Shown in pieces: positions 1 to 8,048 of a stretch of 64,000 nucleotides of DNA. The notes under the pieces were generated by a model. It searched no databases, was not told the DNA's origin, and was given only the letters and a program-made list of their open reading frames with translations. The position numbers were made by a program, and so were the translations under genes. Location of the stretch: the NCBI GenBank assembly GCA_033549025.1, contig JAWSUS010000013.1:20672-84671 (forward strand). The letters are read 5' to 3'. Each line of letters starts with the position of its first letter. Position 1 is the stretch's first letter. The DNA is from Desulfuromonadales bacterium. Lineage in GTDB: Bacteria; Desulfobacterota; Desulfuromonadia; Desulfuromonadales; SZUA-540.

Positions 1-100
1 TGAATTCCTGTTTCTTGCCCTTGTTCCACTGCTGAACCGGGCGAAAGAAGCCGCAGACACGGGAGTAAACTTCGGTTTTTGCGTCACATTTGGTTGCCAT
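1..100 (-). CDS. Small stand-alone NrdD C-terminal glycyl-radical peptide (runs off window edge)
   Basis: Hand translation from ATG at 100: MATKCDAKTEVYSRVCGFFRPVQQWNKGKKQEF..., the NrdD C-terminal signature EVYSRxxGxxRPxxxWNxGKxxEF. SD AGGAGG at 110-105. Not in ORF track. Confidence 0.9.
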   Translation of the reverse strand, partial: MATKCDAKTEVYSRVCGFFRPVQQWNKGKKQEF

Positions 101-118
101 AATGCCTCCTGGTGGATG

Positions 119-2107
119 TCAAGCCGCCTTCCCCTCGTGGTTGTGGGGGCAGGCGAAATGTTCACCGGTGATGTAGCCATGCACCGGACAGATCGTAAAG
201 GTGGGGCTGATAGTGAAATAGGGCAGATGGAAGTTCTCGGCGATGCGCCGCACCAACAGGCGGGCGCTGCGCCAATCCTCCAGCCGCTCCCCGAGGAAAC
301 CGTGAAAAACGGTGCCACCGGTATAGAGGGTCTGCAGGCCGTCCTGATGCTGCAGAGCCTGGAAGATATCCTCGGTGCTGCCGACGGGCAGCTGAGTCGA
401 GTTGGTATAGTAGGGCTCGTCGCTGCCGGCGGTGATGATGCCGGGGTACTTCTTGCGGTCGCGGTTGGCCAGGCGGAAGCTCGTCCCCTCGGCCGGCGTC
501 GCCTCCAGGTTGTAGAGATGCCCCGACTCCTCCTGAAAGACCTCCAGCTGCTTGCGCATGAACTTCAGGGTCTCTTCCGCCAGCGCCTTGCCCTCGGGCG
601 TATCGATGGATTTGCCGACCAGGTTCAGGCTGGCCTCGTTCATCCCCAGCAGGCCGATGGTGGAAAAGTGGTTGTCCCAGTAATGGCCGCTGCGCTCCTT
701 GATGCCGGAGAGGTAGAAGCGGCTGAAAGGATAGAGGCCTTCTTCGGTAAAGCGGTCGAGCTGCTTGCGTTTGATTTCCAGCGACTCGTGGGCGAGCTTC
801 ATCAGTTCGGCGATGCGCTCGAAAAAAGCCTCTTTTGTTTTGGCGACGTAGGCTGCCCGCGGCAGGTTCAGTGTCACGACGCCGATGGAACCGGTCAGCG
901 GGTTGGAACCGAAGAGACCGCCGCCGCGCCGGCGCAGTTCACGGTTGTCGAGACGCAGACGGCAGCACATGGAACGGGCGTCGGCCGGGTCCATGTCCGA
1001 ATTGATGAAATTGCTGAAATAGGGGATGCCGTATTTGGAGGTCATCTCCCAGATCGGCTGGAACCGGGGGCTTTCCCAGTCGAAGCCGACGGTGATGTTG
1101 TAGGTGGGGATGGGGAACGAGAAGATGCGCCCCGAACTGTCCCCCTCCATCATCACCTCGCAGAAGGCCCGGTTGAACAGGTCCATCTCCTCCTGGAAAT
1201 CGCCATAGGTGACATCCATCAGCTCGCCGCCGATGACCACGGCCTCATCCTTCATGTTGCTGGGCGGCGTCATGTCCATGGTGATATTGGTGAAAGGGGT
1301 CTGGAAGCCGACCCGCGTCGGCACGTTCATATTGAAGATGAACTCCTGAACGGCCTGCTTGACCTCCTTGTAGCTGAGCTGATCGTAGCGGATAAAGGGC
1401 GCCAGCAGGGTATCGAAGTTGGCAAAGGCCTGGGCCCCGGCCGCTTCGCCCTGCAGGGTGTAGAAGAAGTTGACCGCCTGCCCGAGGGCCGTACGGAAGT
1501 GCTTGGCGGGGCCGCTCTGCACCTTGCCGTAGGCGCCGGTAAAGCCCTTGAGCAGCAGCTCTTTCAAGTCCCAGCCGCAGCAGTAGACGGAGAGCATGCC
1601 GAGATCGTGAATATGATAGTCCCCCTCACGGTGCGCATCGGCGATGTAGCCAGGATAGATTTTGTTCAGCCAGTAGTTGCTGGTGATATTGGCCGCGATA
1701 TGGTTGTTGAGCCCCTGCAGCGAATACCCCATGTTGGCGTTTTCGTTAACGCGCCAATCTTCCTGGCTCAGGTAGGAATCGATCGCCTCGATGGATTCCT
1801 TCATGAACTCCTTGGTCCGGCGCAGATTGTCGTGCTGCTGCCGGTAAAGGATGTAGGTCTTGGCGGTCTGGGCGTGGCCGTTCTCGATGAGGCTCTTTTC
1901 CACCAGGTCCTGCACGTTTTCCACGGTGGGAATACGGCCATCCTTGTAGATGACCTCCAGGATGCCGACAACCTGACGGGCAATACGGGCCGCCTTGTCC
2001 ATGTCCTTGCCGCCGACGGCGCGGACGGCCTTCTGAATGGCCTCGGTGATTTTCTGCTCCTCAAAAGCGACCAGCCGGCCATCCCGTTTGCGAATGTATT
2101 CGAGCAT
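119..2107 (-). CDS. nrdD: Anaerobic (class III) ribonucleoside-triphosphate reductase, large part lacking the glycyl-radical loop
   Basis: N-terminal ATP cone (IRKRDGRLVAF..KI..AI.KA), ENAN, HIHDL, YCCGW, finger loop SMCCRL, EATPAEG, YYTNST, YTGGTVFH; ends CPVHGYITGEHFACPHNHEGKAA. Start set at ATG 2107 after a purine-rich SD. Confidence 0.95.
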   Translation of the reverse strand: MLEYIRKRDGRLVAFEEQKITEAIQKAVRAVGGKDMDKAARIARQVVGILEVIYKDGRIPTVENVQDLVEKSLIENGHAQTAKTYILYRQQHDNLRRTKEFMKESIEAIDSYLSQEDWRVNENANMGYSLQGLNNHIAANITSNYWLNKIYPGYIADAHREGDYHIHDLGMLSVYCCGWDLKELLLKGFTGAYGKVQSGPAKHFRTALGQAVNFFYTLQGEAAGAQAFANFDTLLAPFIRYDQLSYKEVKQAVQEFIFNMNVPTRVGFQTPFTNITMDMTPPSNMKDEAVVIGGELMDVTYGDFQEEMDLFNRAFCEVMMEGDSSGRIFSFPIPTYNITVGFDWESPRFQPIWEMTSKYGIPYFSNFINSDMDPADARSMCCRLRLDNRELRRRGGGLFGSNPLTGSIGVVTLNLPRAAYVAKTKEAFFERIAELMKLAHESLEIKRKQLDRFTEEGLYPFSRFYLSGIKERSGHYWDNHFSTIGLLGMNEASLNLVGKSIDTPEGKALAEETLKFMRKQLEVFQEESGHLYNLEATPAEGTSFRLANRDRKKYPGIITAGSDEPYYTNSTQLPVGSTEDIFQALQHQDGLQTLYTGGTVFHGFLGERLEDWRSARLLVRRIAENFHLPYFTISPTFTICPVHGYITGEHFACPHNHEGKAA

Positions 2108-2180
2108 CCCTCTCTCCCTCCTTTTGTGCTGAATGAACAGTGCGAATTTAGCACAGGAAAGATCGCTGTCAAGGCAAAAA

Positions 2181-2228
2181 ACACAACATATAGACATTGA
2201 TATTTCACACACCCACAACATCTGGTGA
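2181..2228. promoter_or_regulatory. Tandem NrdR boxes upstream of nrdD
   Basis: acaCAACATATAGaca (2181-2196) and ccaCAACATCTGGtga (2213-2228), 32 bp apart, matching the NrdR consensus acaCwAtATaTwGtg and its usual tandem spacing. Confidence 0.8.
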
Positions 2229-2287
2229 TATAACGGGCATAACCTGTGAAATGACGGTGGACAGAGACGGCCAAGTCCCCAATATTC

Positions 2288-2316
2288 TTGACCCCTTCGG
2301 GGAGGCGTGCTAAAGA
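2288..2316 (+). promoter_or_regulatory. Putative sigma70 promoter of nikR
   Basis: TTGACC-17bp-TAAAGA with extended -10 TG. Confidence 0.45.
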
Positions 2317-2352
2317 CTCTGGAATATCACCAAAACCAACGGGGATTTTACG

Positions 2353-2772
2353 ATGGCCGACCTGACCCGCTTCGGCATTTCCATGGACGAACGCCTGTTG
2401 TCGCGCTTCGATGAGCTCATCACGGGCAAGGGCTACGCCAACCGCTCCGAGGCCATTCGCGACCTCATTCGCAACGCCCTGGTCGAAGACCGCTGGGCCC
2501 GGGACGATGAGGAGATCGTCGGCACGGTGACTCTGGTCTACGATCACCACACCCGCGACCTGGGGGACAAGCTCATCGAGCGCCAGCACACCCACCATCA
2601 GGCCATCGTCTCGACCTTGCACGTCCACCTCGACGCCCATCACTGCCTGGAAGTTCTGGTCGTCAAGGGAACCGCCGGCAAAGTAAGACAACTGGCCGAC
2701 GAACTCATCGGCACCCGCGGCGTCAAACACGGCAAACTGGTAACCACCACCACGGGCCAGGATCTGGCCTGA
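2353..2772 (+). CDS. nikR: Nickel-responsive transcriptional regulator NikR
   Basis: RHH N-terminus (RFGISMD..LL.RFD..I...[14 protein letters not shown]), YDHH and [11 protein letters not shown]i-binding motifs. Confidence 0.96.
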   Translation: MADLTRFGISMDERLLSRFDELITGKGYANRSEAIRDLIRNALVEDRWARDDEEIVGTVTLVYDHHTRDLGDKLIERQHTHHQAIVSTLHVHLDAHHCLEVLVVKGTAGKVRQLADELIGTRGVKHGKLVTTTTGQDLA

Positions 2773-2804
2773 CCTCGGCAATCGGCGGCCTCGCCCGCCC
2801 AACC

Positions 2805-2831
2805 GTGCCACGAAAACGTCATTCGTAACAC
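2805..2831. promoter_or_regulatory. Putative NikR operator
   Basis: Imperfect dyad GTGCCACGAA-aacgtca-TTCGTAACAC (7-13-7 GTGCCAC/GTAACAC) between nikR and the ECF T gene; widely spaced half-sites fit NikR. Confidence 0.6.
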
Positions 2832-2844
2832 CAAAGGCTCCGCC

Positions 2845-3657
2845 ATGGCCCATATCAGCACAGCGCTCCTCAACCTGGGAACTCTGGACGACCTGGCCGC
2901 CCGCCAAAGTCCCCTGCATCGTCTCGACCCCCGAGCCAAAGTGCTCACCACCCTAATTTTTGTCGTCACGGTGGCCTCCTTCGGCAAGTATCAGGTCGCT
3001 GCCCTGCTGCCCTTTTTGCTCTTTCCCCTCGGGCAGATCGCCGTCGCCGGCCTGCCCTTGACCACCTTCATTCGGCGACTGCTCTTTATTGCCCCTTTCG
3101 TCCTCTTCATCACCATCCTCAATCCTGTGCTGGATCGGGAGATTCTTCTGCAGGCCGGCCCTTTGGCCGTCAGCGGCGGCTGGCTTTCCCTGGCTTCCAT
3201 CCTGCTGCGCTTCGTGCTGACCATTGGCGCCGCCCTCGTTCTGATCGCCACCACCGGCTTTCCCGGGGTCTGTCGCGCCCTGGAGCAACTGGGCGCCCCC
3301 CGCATTTTCACCATGCAACTGCTCTTCCTCTATCGCTACATTTTTGTCCTGATCGAGGAAGGACTTCGCCTTTTCCGGGCCAGGGCGCTGCGCTCCTTCG
3401 GCAAAAAGGGGCTGGAATGGCGTGTTTACGCCCTGATGACCGGGCAACTGCTCATGCGGTCCCTGCAGCGGGCCGAGCGCATTCATCAGGCCATGCGGTG
3501 CCGCGGTTTTGACGGAAAACTGCCCGCCATGCACCAGGCCCGTTTCGGCCGGCAGGAAGTCCTCTTTACCCTGGGATGGAGCGCCATTTTCATCCTGCTG
3601 CGCCTTTGGAATCTTCCCCATTGGATAGGGGGATTATTCATGGAGCTGTTTTCATGA
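2845..3657 (+). CDS. cbiQ: Ni/Co ECF transporter T component (CbiQ/NikQ)
   Basis: SPLHRLDPRAK, multiple TM helices, YRYIFVL, RAERIHQAMRCRGF. Confidence 0.92.
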   Translation: MAHISTALLNLGTLDDLAARQSPLHRLDPRAKVLTTLIFVVTVASFGKYQVAALLPFLLFPLGQIAVAGLPLTTFIRRLLFIAPFVLFITILNPVLDREILLQAGPLAVSGGWLSLASILLRFVLTIGAALVLIATTGFPGVCRALEQLGAPRIFTMQLLFLYRYIFVLIEEGLRLFRARALRSFGKKGLEWRVYALMTGQLLMRSLQRAERIHQAMRCRGFDGKLPAMHQARFGRQEVLFTLGWSAIFILLRLWNLPHWIGGLFMELFS

Positions 3658-4412
3658 CCGAACTCATGGTTCAAGCGAAGAACCTGCAATACAGCTATCC
3701 CGATGGGACCGACGCCCTGCGGGAAATTTCCTTCGAGGTATACCGGGGGCAGTCCCTGGCCATCACCGGGGCCAACGGGGCCGGCAAATCCACCCTGCTG
3801 CTCCACCTGAACGGCCTGCTGACGCCCACATCGGGAACGCTGACAATCCAAAATGTCGCCCTCGGCCCCAAAAACCGCGAGAAGGTACAGCGCCGGGTCG
3901 GTCTGGTCTTTCAGAATCCGGACGATCAGCTGTTCATGCCGACCGTCTGGCAGGATGTGACCTTCGGCCCCCTGAATCTGGGCCTGAGCGCCGAGGAGGT
4001 TACAGCCCGGGCCACCGAAGCCCTGAACCAGGTCGACGCCCTTCACCTGAAGGATCGGCCGCCTTTTCGCCTCTCCGCCGGCGAAAAACGCCGGGTCGCC
4101 CTGGCGACGGTCCTGGCCATGCAGCCGGACATCCTGGTGCTCGACGAACCGACCACCGGGCTCGACCCCTGCAGCCGCCGTCAGCTCATCCAACTGCTCA
4201 ACGGCTTTGGGCACACGCTCATCCTTGCCAGCCACGATCTCGATCTGGTCATGGATGTGTGCGAAAGGACGCTTGTCCTGCATGAAAGGAAGATTGCCGC
4301 GGAAGGAGCGACCGGGGAGATTTTTACGGATGGGGAGTTGTTGCAGCGCTGCCGCCTGGAGAAACCGCTGGGGATGCGGGGATGTCCCCTTTGCGGAAGG
4401 GTGAAGCCCTAA
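3654..4412 (+). CDS. cbiO: Ni/Co ECF transporter ATPase (CbiO/NikO)
   Basis: YSYPDG, Walker A GANGAGKST, VFQNPDDQLF, LSAGEKRR, LDEPTTGLD; ATGA overlap with cbiQ stop. Confidence 0.92.
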   Translation: MTELMVQAKNLQYSYPDGTDALREISFEVYRGQSLAITGANGAGKSTLLLHLNGLLTPTSGTLTIQNVALGPKNREKVQRRVGLVFQNPDDQLFMPTVWQDVTFGPLNLGLSAEEVTARATEALNQVDALHLKDRPPFRLSAGEKRRVALATVLAMQPDILVLDEPTTGLDPCSRRQLIQLLNGFGHTLILASHDLDLVMDVCERTLVLHERKIAAEGATGEIFTDGELLQRCRLEKPLGMRGCPLCGRVKP

Positions 4413-4427
4413 GGGCGAAACCCCCGC

Positions 4428-5468
4428 CTACCGTCCCTCTTTTAACAGGGCTTCCAGTCGGGCCAATCGAGCTTCGAAACGTTCAAGACGCTTTATGATA
4501 TCGGCCGAGGCGGAGGTTGCCTGCTGGGTCTGCAGAGCCGCCGTGATAAGTTCAGGGTGCTGGCTGGCATAACCGGCACCAAACAGTTTATCGATCTGGG
4601 CCACAATGCGGGACAGATCGGCCGAAAGGGTCTCCGTGGCTGAATCCTCGGCGGCAGCATACTCAGCGGCCAGGGCCGACAGATCCTTTTTCGCCGCAGT
4701 CTGGGCCTCCTCGTCAGGTTCGGGCTCACCGCCCGTCTCAACCACCGGCATGTCCCCGCCTGTCCCCTTTTCACGGTCCGCCTGCTGGGCCAAGGTCTCC
4801 GTCACAAAGCGATCCAGCCTATCGAGAGATTCGCCTTTGGTCGCCTGCAACGCCGGCTCCGGTGTTGGCTCCGGTGTTGGCTCCGGTGTTGGCTCCGGTG
4901 TTGGCTCCGGTGTTGGTTCGGGTCTTGGTTCGGGTCTTGGTTCGGGTCTTGGTTCGGGTCTTGGTTTCGGCGCTGGTTCAGGCTCAGGGGCTGGCGCGAC
5001 CTCATCCAACGGCTTGGCGACTTCACCACTGACTTTCTTTTCCACCAGGGTCTTCGCCACGTCGGCAGGAGCCTCTTTTAGTTCGGCCTTTTTTTCCACC
5101 GCCACCGGTTTGGCGACAGCCGGCACAATTTCCTCCTGGGCCGGCGGAGAAGGCGCTTTTGGTTGGGCCGTCTGCTCTTTTTTAACACCCACCGCACCGG
5201 GGCCTTTCGGCTCCGGCGCTATTTTGGGCTGAGAACTCTCCTTGGCCACCGCCGGCGCTTTTTCTTCGCCTTTATCCTGTAAAAACGCCGAAGGCTGCGC
5301 ACCGAAACGATCCAGGGACGACTCCATTCCCAGAGCCGATCCGGTTGAGGTGCTCTCTTTCAGCGCCGCGCCGCAGCGGGGGCAACGGGAAACTTTCGCC
5401 CCGGTCGAGGTGAGCAGGGATACCTTGCGTCCGCATTCAGGACACTTACTTTCACTAACAAGCGCCAT
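4428..5468 (-). CDS. Hypothetical protein: N-terminal zinc ribbon, Pro/Glu-rich linker, small helical C-terminal domain
   Basis: CPECG..CPRCG at N-terminus, (R/T)PEP repeats, purine-rich SD before ATG 5468. Confidence 0.75.
   Translation of the reverse strand: MALVSESKCPECGRKVSLLTSTGAKVSRCPRCGAALKESTSTGSALGMESSLDRFGAQPSAFLQDKGEEKAPAVAKESSQPKIAPEPKGPGAVGVKKEQTAQPKAPSPPAQEEIVPAVAKPVAVEKKAELKEAPADVAKTLVEKKVSGEVAKPLDEVAPAPEPEPAPKPRPEPRPEPRPEPRPEPTPEPTPEPTPEPTPEPTPEPALQATKGESLDRLDRFVTETLAQQADREKGTGGDMPVVETGGEPEPDEEAQTAAKKDLSALAAEYAAAEDSATETLSADLSRIVAQIDKLFGAGYASQHPELITAALQTQQATSASADIIKRLERFEARLARLEALLKEGR
4855..4962. repeat. 12-bp coding tandem repeat, 5x GGCTCCGGTGTT plus 4x GGTTCGGGTCTT
   Basis: Read directly; encodes RPEP x4 and TPEP x5 on the minus strand. 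Confidence 0.95.
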
Positions 5469-5607
5469 TTTTTCATCCTTTTCCTTAATTAGAAAAGGGT
5501 AGCATAAAATTCTTTGGAGGGAATGGCGTGGAGGCAAAAACTTTGAGTGGGAACCGAGTCTGGCGCCATCGGCTATTTTTTCAGCTTATTGTCACCGCAA
5601 AAGATGT

Positions 5608-5634
5608 AAAAAAAGGCCGGACAAGCCGGCCTTT
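5608..5634 (-). terminator. Rho-independent terminator after the MCP
   Basis: AAAGGCCGG-acaag-CCGGCCTTT hairpin with a 7-A run giving a U tract on the minus strand. Confidence 0.8.
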
Positions 5635-5662
5635 AAAGAGATTCGTCTAAAACCAGAGAAGA

Positions 5663-7873
5663 TCAGTAACGCCCGAACTCCTCGTCATCCAGGGCGATGA
5701 CCTGCGAGGCGTCCTGAACCTTTGAGGGGGCCGGTGATGACTGGGCCTCCCAGCCGGATGCGGGTGCGGGCTTGGCGGGCGCCGCCGAGGGCAGGCTCAG
5801 GGTCGGATTCGGGTCGAGCTCTGGCTGAACGTAGTCCTGGCCGAGATTTTTCAGAGAAAAGCGGGCCAGCATCTGCTGCAGCTGGGCAGCCTGACTCGAC
5901 AGCTCTTCGGCGGCGGCGGCGCTCTCTTCGGCGTTGGCCGTATTCTGCTGGGTCACCTGATCGATCTGGCCCAGCCCCTGGTTGACCTGGGCGATGCCCT
6001 GGGCCTGTTCGTTGGAGGCGGCGGCGATCTCGGCCACCAGGTCGGTGGCCTTGGAAATGCCGGTCACAATCTCGCCCAACGCGACAGCGGTACGGTCGGC
6101 AATCTCCGAACCGTTCTGAGCCTTTTTCACCGAACCCTCGATGAGCTCAGCCGTTTCAGCCGCGGCCTTGGCGCTGCGGGCGGCCAGATTGCGCACCTCT
6201 TCCGCCACCACGGCGAAGCCCTTGCCGTGCTGACCGGCGCGGGCCGCTTCGACGGCGGCGTTCAGGGCCAGCAGATTGGTCTGGAAGGCGATTTCGTCGA
6301 TGACTTTGATAATGCGGGAGATGTTCTCCCCCGACTCGTTGATGTCGTTCATGGCCGCCACCATCTGCTGCATCTGAGCGTTGCCGTTTTCGGCCGCGCC
6401 GCGGGCGGTCGTGGCCAGATGATTGGCCTGGGTGGCGTTTTCGGCGTTGAGGCGGGTCTGGGAAGCCAGTTCGGCCATGGAGCTGGTAATCTGCTCCAGC
6501 GAACTGGCCTGCTCTGTCGCCCCCTGCGAGAGGGACTGGCTTGAATCGGCCACCTGGGCGCTGCCCGAGGCCATCTGAGATCCGGCCACATGAATCTGGG
6601 CCAGGATACCGTTGAGGTCTTCCCCCACCCGACTGAGAGCACGGCGGATGACATCCTGCTCATCACGGGGACGCACTTCGAAAGTCAGGTCCCCATCGGC
6701 CAGCTTCTGCAACGAAGCCACCACCTCGCCCTGCAGACTGTCGGCAAAACCATCCATGGCCGCAGCCATCTCACCGATTTCGTCCTTGCGCTTCATGCGC
6801 AGACGCTGGTCCAGGTGACCGCGCTCCAGGCCCCGGATCATGGCGACGGCGCGCTTCATGGCCCCCGAGATATCACGAGAGATCAACAAGCCCAGGGCGA
6901 TGGCCAGAATGATAGCCAGAATCACTGCCACCACCATGGCCGTGCGGGCCTTGGCGGCCCCGGCCTGCGCGTCGGCGCTGTTTTTCGCCGAATGCTCGGT
7001 GTCGGCCGTCATGATCTGTGCGAGAAGCTTTTCCACCGCGGAAAAAGCCTGACGTTCGCTACCGAAAGCCACCTGGACCGCCTGCTCCAGAAAGCCGACA
7101 TTTTCCCGCACATCCTCAAGGGCTTCGTGGAAAACTGCCTCGATAGCGGCCAGCGTCGGCACAACCTCGGTGTCGAAAAGAGCTCGGGCGGCGCGGGTCT
7201 GACCGGCGGCGAGCATCTTGTTGATCTGCCCGCCGTAGCCGTGGAGGCGATTGTGGGGTTCATGGAATTTGGCGATGATGCTGTTGAAATGGGGATCGTC
7301 CGAGGTAAAGGTCGACATCCACTTGCCCATGGCGCACAGGGCCGGGTCCAGCTGTTTCATGAATTGGTCGCCCTGGGCGATGCTCATGTCCAGGGTGTCG
7401 ACCCATTTGACATGGTCGAGCTGCCGAGCGACCAGAATAGCTTCCAGGGTCTCCACGTCATCGAGTTTCACCCGCGAGGCCAACTCAACCAGTTTGGCAT
7501 GCTCCGTCTTCCAGGTTTCCAGCGCGGCCGTAAACCGTTTCCAGAGGGCCGCCTCTTCATCGGAATGAGACAGACCGCCATACAGGTTGTACCCTTCGTC
7601 AAACTTCCCCCAGCGTTTTTCCAGGTTGTCGATTTCGTGCTGGCGGTCCTTGGCGGTGATACTGGCGATCACCATGGTACGCTCCGCCGACTTGATACCG
7701 TTCATCCCTTCCATCATCAGGGCCAGGCCCCGCAGGGCCGGCACATTGACCTCGGCCTGCTCCCGCAACGACCCTTCGGTGGAGCGGATGCCGAACCAGC
7801 CGACGGCGCCGACGAAGGCGCAGATAAGGGCGACAATGACAAAAGCGCCCGTGAGTTTCGCAAAAATCTTCAT
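5663..7873 (-). CDS. Methyl-accepting chemotaxis protein; 4-helix-bundle sensor with inserted CZB zinc-binding domain
   Basis: Two TMs, [24 protein letters not shown] hairpin, CZB motifs DHVKW..CAMGKW..H..LH, C-terminal EFGRY. Confidence 0.93.
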   Translation of the reverse strand: MKIFAKLTGAFVIVALICAFVGAVGWFGIRSTEGSLREQAEVNVPALRGLALMMEGMNGIKSAERTMVIASITAKDRQHEIDNLEKRWGKFDEGYNLYGGLSHSDEEAALWKRFTAALETWKTEHAKLVELASRVKLDDVETLEAILVARQLDHVKWVDTLDMSIAQGDQFMKQLDPALCAMGKWMSTFTSDDPHFNSIIAKFHEPHNRLHGYGGQINKMLAAGQTRAARALFDTEVVPTLAAIEAVFHEALEDVRENVGFLEQAVQVAFGSERQAFSAVEKLLAQIMTADTEHSAKNSADAQAGAAKARTAMVVAVILAIILAIALGLLISRDISGAMKRAVAMIRGLERGHLDQRLRMKRKDEIGEMAAAMDGFADSLQGEVVASLQKLADGDLTFEVRPRDEQDVIRRALSRVGEDLNGILAQIHVAGSQMASGSAQVADSSQSLSQGATEQASSLEQITSSMAELASQTRLNAENATQANHLATTARGAAENGNAQMQQMVAAMNDINESGENISRIIKVIDEIAFQTNLLALNAAVEAARAGQHGKGFAVVAEEVRNLAARSAKAAAETAELIEGSVKKAQNGSEIADRTAVALGEIVTGISKATDLVAEIAAASNEQAQGIAQVNQGLGQIDQVTQQNTANAEESAAAAEELSSQAAQLQQMLARFSLKNLGQDYVQPELDPNPTLSLPSAAPAKPAPASGWEAQSSPAPSKVQDASQVIALDDEEFGRY

Positions 7874-7945
7874 AAAAAAACCTCCCGCCTGAGTGAATAA
7901 ATCAAATGAGCTACGACAAGCAGCACTCATCTTAGAGGGCGTTAA

Positions 7946-7960
7946 GCAAGCACAATGCCA
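7946..7960 (-). promoter_or_regulatory. sigma54 (-24/-12) promoter of the MCP
   Basis: Minus strand TGGCAT-TGTGC-TTGC, about 70 bp upstream of the ATG. Confidence 0.8.
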
Positions 7961-8048
7961 GAAAATATGGACGTTTTTGAGGCAATGACAGCCTCCTGAT
8001 CCGTCCCAAAGTCAAATAACCGTCCTTTGGGTGCCGGGATATTGGCTT

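Noticed and set aside
98..121. Selenocysteine readthrough of the in-frame nrdD TGA (selU indicates selenium use)
   Set aside because: The TGA does not align with a conserved Cys, no convincing SECIS hairpin follows, and the downstream ORF has its own strong SD.
116..2200. Long antisense ORFs (also 15315-18080, 26874-29075, 44253-46070 and many others)
   Set aside because: Shadow frames of real GC-rich genes on the opposite strand with no recognisable motifs.
4855..4962. Repeat array as CRISPR
   Set aside because: Contiguous 12-bp units without spacers, in frame within a CDS, no cas genes.
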